Positions 55,675 through 64,000 of a stretch of DNA of 64,000 nucleotides are shown piece after piece. The stretch is from positions 224,001 through 288,000 of the forward strand of contig CAVXTM010000015.1 of NCBI GenBank assembly GCA_963764725.1, read 5' to 3'. The DNA is from an uncultured Gammaproteobacteria bacterium. GTDB taxonomy: Bacteria > Pseudomonadota > Gammaproteobacteria > JACCXJ01. The translations under genes and the position numbers were made by a program. The notes beneath the pieces are model-generated. The model saw only the letters and a list, made by a program, of their open reading frames with translations, did not search any database and was not told where the DNA came from. Within the stretch, counting starts at the first letter, position 1; every line of letters begins with the position of its first letter.

Positions 55675-55805
55675 GAGTCGTCAGAACGTCCGCTGTTGGC
55701 CAATTACAGGCTCTTAACGCGTTGCCGATTCGAGGGCTCGGGCCGAGCAAATAAACGGCCCATTTGTTCGTCTTGAGCGGATGGATCGTCGGCCCCAGGC
55801 CGAGA

Positions 55806-55890
55806 CCGCTCGCCGCCCATCCCGAGCTGCTCGCGCCGGTCTTGAGAATTGTCCACCGGGCCATCTCTGGATTTCTGATCTACCAAGCAA
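55806..55890 (+). pseudogene. Possible IS91-like (Y2) transposase fragment
   Basis: PLAAHPELLAPVLRIVHRAISGFLIYQA resembles an internal segment of IS91-family transposases (from recall). Confidence 0.45.
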
Positions 55891-55920
55891 TCAGTCGTTA
55901 CGGGTCTCGACGTATCCCAG

Positions 55921-56796
55921 TCAAACGCAGCGCTCGATAAAGGCGTGGCGGGTTTGGACGGAATACGCACTACAAAAGCCGGCCCAACTTAAAGCGCCGG
56001 CTGAGCAGGCGATCGAGCGCGCGGACGGGCAGCCAGCGCTTGAGGAAGGGTAAGAGAAGACTGTAGTGACCGATCCGGACGACGGACTGCGGATGGGGTG
56101 CCAGCACCGCATCTGCCATCTTACGGGCAAACCCTCGGTGGGCGTCGCTCGCGCCTGCGAGGCCCCTAAGCGCGCCGCAATCGCGTCCATGACGGCCGCG
56201 TACAAAGAAGCGTCGCTTGGGTGAAAGCGTTTGGCCGCGGTCGCACTGAACTGAGACACGACGCCCCCAGGCTGAACGGTAATGACCTCGATGCCGAAGG
56301 GCCGCAACTCCATGCGCAGGGAATCGGAGAGCGCATTCACCGCGGCCTTGGTGGCGCAGTAGGCGCCTGCGAAGGGCGTGGGCAGCACACCCGATATGCT
56401 GCTGATATTGACGATGCGGCCGGAACGTTGGCGCACCATGTCGGGCAGCAGCGCCTGGACCAAGGCCACCAGACCGAACACATTCGTCTCGAACTGAAGA
56501 CGAAGCTCGCTCATGGGCAGCTCGGCGAGCGGTCCCAGCGCGCCGTAGCCCGCGTTGTTGATGAGGAGCGCCACCGTGACACCATCGTGCTGAAGACGCG
56601 CCTGCAGGCGGCGGATGCTCTCTGCATCGGTCACATCGAGCGTGGCCGTCCGGATACCACGGGCCTCAAGCGCACTCAGAGTGCTCACCCGGCGCGCCGT
56701 GGCATACACCACATGTCCCCGACGATGGAATTCTTCGGCCAGCGCCCGGCCGATGCCCGTCGAACAGCCCGTCACCAGCGTGATATTCGTCGTCAT
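55921..56796 (-). CDS. Short-chain dehydrogenase/reductase (frameshift near 56125, true 3' end uncertain)
   Basis: TGCSTGIG, LINNAG, YCATK. Confidence 0.88.
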   Translation of the reverse strand: MTTNITLVTGCSTGIGRALAEEFHRRGHVVYATARRVSTLSALEARGIRTATLDVTDAESIRRLQARLQHDGVTVALLINNAGYGALGPLAELPMSELRLQFETNVFGLVALVQALLPDMVRQRSGRIVNISSISGVLPTPFAGAYCATKAAVNALSDSLRMELRPFGIEVITVQPGGVVSQFSATAAKRFHPSDASLYAAVMDAIAARLGASQARATPTEGLPVRWQMRCWHPIRSPSSGSVTTVFSYPSSSAGCPSARSIACSAGALSWAGFCSAYSVQTRHAFIERCV

Positions 56797-56963
56797 AAGG
56801 CGGCCGATGGTTGTTCGGTGTCGCCACGTCTCCGGGGCGGTGTTGGCTTCTCAGGGCATCCGCGGCGCGATGGCCCGGGATGGCGTCAATCGACGAAACA
56901 GATCGGACAGCAAATTCTTCGTACCTGGCACCACCGCATAGCGCGCGATATCGAGGCCGGGGA

Positions 56964-59811
56964 TCAGCGCCGCTGCGGGCCGAGTCCGGTTTCCTCGCCG
57001 AGGTCCGGCTCCCCGCAGAGCCGCAGGATTTCCGCCCGCGTCCGATCGCGAAGCCCGAGCGCGGCGTTCCAGTCCGCCCCCGAGGGCTCGATGGGCTCGC
57101 TCAACGTCACGCCGATCCTGCCGCGACGGAATAACCACTGTCCCTCGCGGAGGATGGAACGCGTACCGCGGAGGGTCACCGGGACCACCGGCACGCCCGA
57201 CTGGGCGGCGATGACGAACGCCCCCATCCGGAACGGGAGCAGGCCCGGCATACGGCGGAAAGTGGCCTCGGGAAAAACGATCAAGGAGCTGCCTGCGCGG
57301 GCCGCTTCGACGAACCGCTCCGTGTCCTCGATGCCGCGCTGCGCGTCGAAGCGCTCGACGAAGGCCGTCCCGATGCGGGTGAGATACACGCGCGGGACGA
57401 AGCGATCGCGCAGTTCGCGTTTGGCGATGAAGTGCATCGGCACCGGCAGCGCCGCGACCATGATGATGCCGTCGAGAAAGCTGGCGTGGTTGGCCGCCAG
57501 CACGCAGGCCCGGCCGGAGGGAAGATGTTCGAGACCGAGCACGGTCAGGCGCGTTCTCGTGAGCGCGAGGAAAAGCCGCGCCATTCGGCGGCTCAGGCTC
57601 CAGCACCAGCCGGTGCGCGGCACCAAAGCGCACGCGATCCAGGTCGCCGGTGCGAGGATCGCGAAGATGAGCGCGGCATAGACGCCATAGAGCAGGTCGC
57701 CCGCCGCGCGCAGGGTGCGGCGCGCCTGCGGCAGGATCGCCGACCACGTTAACCGCACGACTTGCAACCACACCGCGCGCGCCCCGGGACTGCCTCCCTG
57801 CTCGTACGCTTCGCGACTCGCCGCCCTACGGATCTTCCCGCTGGACGTCTTGAGCACGCTGTGAGGCGGTGCGAGCACGATGTCGTCGGGCGGCATGCCG
57901 ATGAGCGATACGGCGAGATCTTGAATGGAGCCGCGCAGTTTCTCCCGCAGTGCCGCATCGGTTTCGCGCGTCTCCGCGAGCACGATGACGCGCTCGGTGC
58001 CCGAGCCCGCGTCCCTGACGCCGAACACCGCGACGCACCCCTTGCGGATACCTTCCAAGCTTCCCACCGCCTCTTCAAGCTCGTGCGGATAGATGTTGCG
58101 GCCCGCCCGGATGATGACATCCTTGACGCGGCCCGTGATGTAGACTTCGCCCCCGGCAATGTAGCCGTAGTCGTCTGTATTCATCCACTCGCCGTGTAGC
58201 AGGTCGCGCGTTGCCTCCGGGTTGCGGTAGTAGCCGCTGGTGACCGAAGGTCCTTTCACCTGGAGGTGGCCCTCTTCCCGCTCTCCGAGCTCGCGGCCGG
58301 CGGGGTCCACCGCGCGCACTTGATGGCCCGGCAGCGGCGGCCCGCAGGCAAGACAGATCATCGCGTCGGTGCGCTCCTCCGACGCCGGTACGGCGCGCCC
58401 GCGGTGCGTGAGACTATCGCGCTCGATGCGGTCGAATTTCGGGCCGCGCCCGGGAGCAGGAAACGAGACGCCCAGCGTGGCTTCGGCGAGCCCGTACACC
58501 GGCGCCATCGCCTCCGCCTTGAAGCCGTAACGCGCGAAGCGCTTCGTAAATGCCGCGATGGTCTCCGGCGAAACCGGTTCCGCGCCGTTGAAGGCGAAGC
58601 GCCAGCTTGAAAGGTCCAGGCCCTCGAGATCCGCATCCTGAATCCTGCGCTGGCAGAGCTCGTAGCAGAAGTTCGGCCCGCCCGTGAGTGTGCCGCGGTG
58701 GCGGTGGATCGTCCATAACCAGCGTTCCGGCCGCGCGAGGAAAGCGATCGGGGACATCAGCGGATACTTGAATCCGTAAACGAGGCTGCCCATCCAGGCA
58801 CCGATGAGGCCCATGTCGTGGTAGAGCGGCAGCCAGCTCACGAACACGTCCTCAGGCGTCACCCGAAGCCACCCGGCCCATGGCGCGGATATTGGTGAGC
58901 AGGTTGGCGTGGGTCAGAACGACGCCCTTGGGGTTTCCGGTGCTCCCGGAGGTGTACTGCAGCAGGGCGACGTCCTCAGACCGGGCGCGGCAAGCCGCCT
59001 CAAGGGGCTGCGAACGCACGAGCTCCGCGGGCGTCACGACGCTTTGGAGTGTCGCAACCTGCGGCTTCAAGAGCAGCGCGATCGGCTTCGCCTGCGGCAC
59101 CGTGATCAAGACCTCGGCGAGCGCATTGGAGAGGATAGCCGCGTGGCGGCGCAGATGGTCCTCGATCTGGGAGGGGCGCGCCGGCGGATAAATGGGAACC
59201 GGGATCCCCCCGGCGAGCAGGATACCTAAGAAGCTGAAGAAATAGTCGGCGCTGGTCGGCAGCATGATGGCTACCGGGTGTCCGGGCTCGAGCCCCCGTT
59301 CGATGAGGCCCGCGGCGATCGCACGCGCGTTTTGGTCAAGCTCCGAAAAGGTGACGGTACGCTCCGCGCCGTCCTCTTCCTGGAGCACGACGTGCGGGCG
59401 GGCCGGATGCCGCCGCACATGCCACTCGAGCACCTCTTGGAGTGTCGCCGCGTCCTCCGGGGTTTCGCCCTCCGCTGCGAGCGCCGCTACGCGTGCTATC
59501 GCGTCTGGCTGAGGATGGCGAAGCGGATCGGCGGCGAGCAGCGCCCGCAGCAGGTCGCGCGGCGTCTCGGCATTCGCCATGACGGCTTCCGGCAGGCCCA
59601 CACCGAAGCTCTTTTCGATGCGCAGGAAAAGCTCGACCCGCCCAAGGCTATCGAAACCGTAATCCTGATCGAGCCGGCCGTCGAGCAGCGCCGGTGGCAC
59701 GGCCCGGGCAGGATGCAGTTCCGCGGCGATTTGCCGTACGGTCTCGAGCAGGGACTCGGCGCTGGGCGAGATGTCTTCGCTCGCGTGTGGTCTAGCGACG
59801 GACGTTTCCAA
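56964..59811 (-). CDS. ACP - fatty acyl-AMP ligase - PlsC acyltransferase fusion (frameshift near 58860)
   Basis: GFDSL (ACP Ser), LQYTSGSTGNPKGV, SWLPLYHDMGLIG, YGLAE, KTSSGKIRR, NHASFLD, FPEAT. Confidence 0.88.
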
Positions 59812-59871
59812 GGAGGACCGGCAGGGGGAAATTTCCTATGATCTTAGCACAGGCTTACCCATCTTCGGCTG

Positions 59872-60018
59872 CCCCAAGGACATCACCTTGGCGTGGAGCG
59901 TGCCCAAGCGGACGGGAAAGATATTTATGGACTACAATATGAACGTTCGCGGCAAGACCTTGAACGTCGCTTATTCGCCCAGAGGCGAGCCTGGGGCGCC
60001 GGTGTCGATGTCGCTCGG
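59872..60018 (+). repeat. 147-bp diverged copy of the ligD POL-domain segment 52961-53107
   Basis: [45 protein letters not shown] in both; about 9 substitutions counted, mostly synonymous. Confidence 0.93.
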
Positions 60019-60054
60019 GGGCGAGGGGATATAAATTCAGATTGGGAGATGAAC

Positions 60055-60948
60055 ATGGCTGCACGATCGATAGGCTCGTTGACCATTTCGTTCGGACTCG
60101 TATCCATTCCGGTGAAGCTTTATACCGCCACCGAGGCGAGCCGCGCGATCTCCTTCAATCTCCTGCACAAGGGCTGCGGCTCGCGCCTCAAGCAGCAGTA
60201 CGTCTGCTTGAAGGAAGAAGTGCCGGTGGCGCGCGAGGACATCGTGAAGGGCTATGAATTCGCCAAGGACCAGTACGTGATGTTCACGCCCGAGGAGCTG
60301 AAGGCGCTCGAGGAGGCGGGTACGCACAGCGCCGAGATCACCGAATTCGTGCCGATCGAGGCGATCGACCCGGTGTACTTCGACAAAGCCTACTATCTTG
60401 CCCCGGACAAGGGCGGCGCCAAGCCCTACGCGCTCTTCACCCGGGCGCTGCGTGAGTCGAAGCGCTGCGCGCTCGGCCGCTGGGCGGCGCGCGGCAAGCA
60501 GTACATCGTGATGATCCGCCCGGTCGAAGATGGTCTCATCATGCAGCAACTGCTTTACGCCGCCGAGGTCAGGTCGATCAAGGACATCGAGATCCCGAAG
60601 ACCGAGGTGAAGGACGCCGAGCTCAAGCTCGCGGAGCAGCTGATCGAGCAGCAGGCCTCCGACAAGTTCGATCCCGGTACGTACACCGACGAGGTGCGCG
60701 GCCGCATCGAAGCCGTGGTGCAGAAAAAGGTCGAGGGCCAGGAGATCACCTTGGCCGAGGCGCCCGAGGGCGGCGCACAGGTCATCGATCTGATGGAAGC
60801 GCTGCGCGCCAGCCTTGAGAAAAAGGCGCCCGCCAGGGCGCGAGCGCCGCAGACCCAAGCTCAGCCTGCTACCCAAGCTGCTACGCGCAAACCGCCCAAG
60901 CGCGCGCAAGCGGCGCAGCCTGCAGCGCGCAAGGCGACCAAGAAATAG
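60055..60948 (+). CDS. ku: NHEJ DNA end-binding protein Ku
   Basis: ISFGLVSIPVKLY, IVKGYE, IDPVYFDKAYYL, VIDLMEALRASL; basic Ala/Lys-rich tail. Confidence 0.96.
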   Translation: MAARSIGSLTISFGLVSIPVKLYTATEASRAISFNLLHKGCGSRLKQQYVCLKEEVPVAREDIVKGYEFAKDQYVMFTPEELKALEEAGTHSAEITEFVPIEAIDPVYFDKAYYLAPDKGGAKPYALFTRALRESKRCALGRWAARGKQYIVMIRPVEDGLIMQQLLYAAEVRSIKDIEIPKTEVKDAELKLAEQLIEQQASDKFDPGTYTDEVRGRIEAVVQKKVEGQEITLAEAPEGGAQVIDLMEALRASLEKKAPARARAPQTQAQPATQAATRKPPKRAQAAQPAARKATKK

Positions 60949-60974
60949 CGCCAGTCAGCAATCCAGCGGGTCTC

Positions 60975-61796
60975 ATGCACCAATACGGCGTCCGTGACGT
61001 CGAGAAGCTGCTGGGCCTGCCGCGCAGCACCATTCGCGCGCTGATCGCAGCCGGGTTCGTATCGCCGGCGCGCGGGCGGGGCAAGGCCTGGTTGTTTTCC
61101 TTCCAGGATCTGATTGTCCTGCGCACGGCCCAGGCGCTGGTCGCCGCCAATGTGCCGCGCCGGCGGATCACCCGGTCGGTCGAACAGCTGCGCCGGCATC
61201 TCCCCGATACCATACCGCTGTCCGGGCTGAGCATCTCCGCGGTCGGCGACCGCGTCGTGGTCAGGGAAGGCGGTAGCCGCTGGCAGGTGGAATCCGGACA
61301 GTATCTCCTGGCGTTTGACGGCGATCCCGTCGACGGTTCACTGAGCGTGATCGAACGCAAGCCGGCATCGCCGGCGGCGAACGCGGAGGATTGGTTCGCC
61401 ATGGGCGTCGCGCTGGAGCACGAAGACGCCGAAGCCGCGATCAAAGCGTACGAGAAGGCCGTGAGCACTGACCCGTCGAGCCTGGATGCGCGCATCAATC
61501 TCGGCCGGCTCCTGCATGAAACCGGGCATCTTGCGAGGGCCGAGCAGACCTACCGCGAGGCGATGAAAGCCTGCGGCAGTGATCCGCTGCTGCTCTACAA
61601 CCTCGGCGTGCTCCTGGACGACATGGATCGCAGCCTGGAAGCGATGGAGACCTATCGGGCCGCGCTGCGCGGCGATCCCACTCTCGCCGACTGTCACTAC
61701 AACCTGGCGCTGTTGTGCGAAAAGCTCGAGAAGCCGCGGGAAGCCATCCGGCACATGTCGCAGTATCGCCGGCTGATTGCGAGCCAATCGGAATAG
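60975..61796 (+). CDS. MerR-like HTH and TPR protein
   Basis: YGVRDVEKLLGL..GFVSP..FSFQDLIVLR; TPRs INLGRLL, YNLGVLL, HYNLALL; 26 bp after ku. Confidence 0.85.
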   Translation: MHQYGVRDVEKLLGLPRSTIRALIAAGFVSPARGRGKAWLFSFQDLIVLRTAQALVAANVPRRRITRSVEQLRRHLPDTIPLSGLSISAVGDRVVVREGGSRWQVESGQYLLAFDGDPVDGSLSVIERKPASPAANAEDWFAMGVALEHEDAEAAIKAYEKAVSTDPSSLDARINLGRLLHETGHLARAEQTYREAMKACGSDPLLLYNLGVLLDDMDRSLEAMETYRAALRGDPTLADCHYNLALLCEKLEKPREAIRHMSQYRRLIASQSE

Positions 61797-61901
61797 TTGA
61801 CTACGCCTTAGGTCCCCGAGAGCGCGACCGATTTGCCGACGTAGGTCGAGAGTCGTGCCGCGTCAACGAGAAAGGCGAGGGGAAGCGACCTGAGAGGACC
61901 A

Positions 61902-62848
61902 ATGATCCATGCCATAGAGATCGAGGATCTGCGCAAGACCTACCGGTCCAAAGGCGGCACTCCGGTGCTGGCCCTAGATGGTGTGTCGTTCCAGGTGCCG
62001 CAGGGCCGCATCTACGGCCTGTTCGGGCCGAATGGCGCGGGCAAGTCCACGCTGGTCAAGATCATCAGCACGATCACCCCCTCGAGCTCGGGACGCGCCG
62101 CCGGTGCTCGGATTCGACGTGGCGCGCCAGCCGCTGGAAGCGCGCCGGCAGATGGCGGTGGTGCTGCAGCAGACGGCGGCGGAGAATCTGCTCACGGTCC
62201 GCGACAATCTGTTGATCTATGCCTATCTGCACGGCGTGGCGCGGAGCATCGCGGAGAAGCGCATGAAGGCAGTGGTCGAGGAGTTCGAGCTGGGCGGGCG
62301 GCTGCGCGACACGGTGCAGGAGCTGAGCATCGGCACCAAGCGCCGCATCCAGGTGGCGAAGATCTTCATGCTCGACTTGCCGATCATCATCCTCGACGAA
62401 GCTACCACCGGTATGGACCCGCTGATGAAGCGGCGCGTGATGGACCGGCTGCGCGCCGAGGCACGCAGCGGGCGCACGATCCTGCTGACCACGCAGGTGC
62501 TCAGCGAGGCCGAGGAGCTGTGCGAGACGATCATGATCATCAACCAAGGACGCACGATGGCGTCGGGCACACTGCAGGAGCTGCGCAAGCGCGCCGCGCA
62601 CATGTTCCGCGTTAGCCTGTCGTTTGCGCGACGACCGACGGCGAACTGGTCGGCACGGCTCGAAGCGCTCAAGCCGCTCGAACTGCTAGGTGAACGGCAA
62701 TGCGGCCGAGATGGTGTTCCACGGCGAGGAGGCGTCGCTGCTCGGGAAGCTGGCCGACATCTCGCGCGACACGCCGATCCTGCAGTTCGAGGTGCGCGGT
62801 CCGACGCTCGAGGAAATTTTCGTGACGCTGGTGGGGGATTCGACATGA
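61902..62848 (+). CDS. ABC transporter ATP-binding protein (frameshifted)
   Basis: GPNGAGKST, LSIGTKRR, IILDEATTGMD, RGPTLEEIF spread over frames. Confidence 0.85.
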
Positions 62849-63603
62849 AGGCGATCACGGCGGTCTTCTACCGCGACTACCGTCAGCGCATGACGAACAT
62901 CGGGTTCGTGTTCTGGGACCTGTTCGTGCCGCTGGCCTACCTGCTGCTGTTCGGCCTGGGCTTCGAGCGGATGATCGGCGGCGGCTCGTCTGTCATCGGC
63001 GACCAGATCCCGGTTACACTGGCGTTCCTGCTGCCCGGTGTTCTCGCGATGGTGACCTTCACCGTCGCGATGAACACGTCCTGGGGGTTCTTCATGGACA
63101 AGGATTCCGGGATTTTCTACGAGCTGCTGACTTATCCGATCACGCGGCCGCAATTCCTGATCGGCAAGATCGGCTTCAACGTGCTGCTGAGCGTGATCGG
63201 CTCGCTGCTCGCGATCGTGGTCGGCGTCGTGGCGCTGGATATCGGCATCCGCTGGGATCTGCTGCCGCTGACCGCGTGATCGTGGTGGCCGCGACGGCGC
63301 GGCTGGTTCTTTCTCTTCAGCATGGTCGCGATCCGCCTGCAGCGGATGGACGCCTTCAACACGGTGACGAGCGCGGCCTACATCCTGCTGATGTTCCTCA
63401 GCACGATGTTCTATCCGCTCGACGATCTGCCGCCTGGTTCCGCGCCGTCGCCTGCTCAATCCGATGACCTGGCAGGTGGATCTGTTGCGCTTCAGCCTGC
63501 TCGGCATAGGATCCGCACCAACGCTATGGCTCGAAGCTGCGGGGCTGGTCGGGTTTGCACTGGTTTGCCTGGTCTTAGCGTCGCGCGCCTTGAACCGGGC
63601 TGA
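62845..63603 (+). CDS. ABC-2 type permease (frameshifted)
   Basis: FLLPGVLAM, DKDSGIFYELL..P, FLSTMFYPL, NPMTW; hydrophobic. Confidence 0.8.
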
Positions 63604-63626
63604 CTAGATGGCCGGCTCGTTTCGAC

Positions 63627-63905
63627 CTATTCTGTTGAAAAACTCACCTTTTTGATTGCTTGTTCCGCAGTGCACCGAGAGGTATATGCGGTAGCGGCAA
63701 GTAGAAAACTCATCGTGTGCACTGGCGGCCCGCGCAATCGCAAACGATCCAGTTTTAGGATCCGCTTGAGTGCGCGAACAATATCTCGATCTTCTTGCGA
63801 GCGCGATTGTCGATAGTCATCGGTCTTGGCGAGCGCACGCGTCACATCACGTGCGGGTTCCTGCGGGCTCCGATCGATTGCGGATCGCCGTTTTGGGGCA
63901 GCACT
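63627..63905 (-). mobile_element. IS1182-family remnant (transposase C-terminus and right end)
   Basis: FAHLKRILKLDRLRLRGP..FLLAATA (frameshifted); end sequence GAGTTTTTCAACAGAATAG. Confidence 0.75.
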
Positions 63906-64000
63906 TGGTTTTCAGCGCACCCGCGGTGGAGTTTAGTTATCGCCGAATGTCGATTTAGAGATGCTCCGAACGACTAATTGATGATCAGCCTAATCTACAG

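Overview
GC-rich proteobacterial chromosome segment; gene order and sequences look gammaproteobacterial. 1-4.7 kb is the end of the spc operon and the alpha ribosomal operon (rplO-secY-rpmJ-rpsMKD-rpoA-rplQ). It is followed by a DUF62 SAM hydrolase, a KAP P-loop NTPase split by IS256, gatBAC with a duplicated gatC enclosing a small membrane-protein gene, and the mreBCD-mrdA-rodA-mltB-rlpA-dac-dat cell-wall cluster. From 23 kb on the region is accessory: queD, ndh, GNAT, P450, a decayed integron holding a toxin-antitoxin cassette, patatin/bdh, a PQQ sugar dehydrogenase and alpha-2-macroglobulin/pbpC. A conflict island (40.8-48.9 kb) carries STAND-TPR, three TA modules, a TIR-TM-14xWD40 protein and a Mut7-C RNase. 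An extended NHEJ locus (49-61.8 kb) has hydrolase-DUF72 divergent from ligD, a stand-alone tandem PARP-type zinc-finger protein, and ku followed by an HTH-TPR gene; it is interrupted by a block with a PD-(D/E)xK protein, an SDR and an ACP-FAAL-acyltransferase. The best candidate for an undescribed system is the NHEJ locus with its PARP1/LigIII-like zinc-finger putative break sensor. Several MITE and REP families are present, some nested. Many genes after about 37.7 kb have single-base frameshifts that may be sequencing errors. No rRNA, tRNA or CRISPR array was seen. All family assignments come from motif recognition by eye, not database searches.
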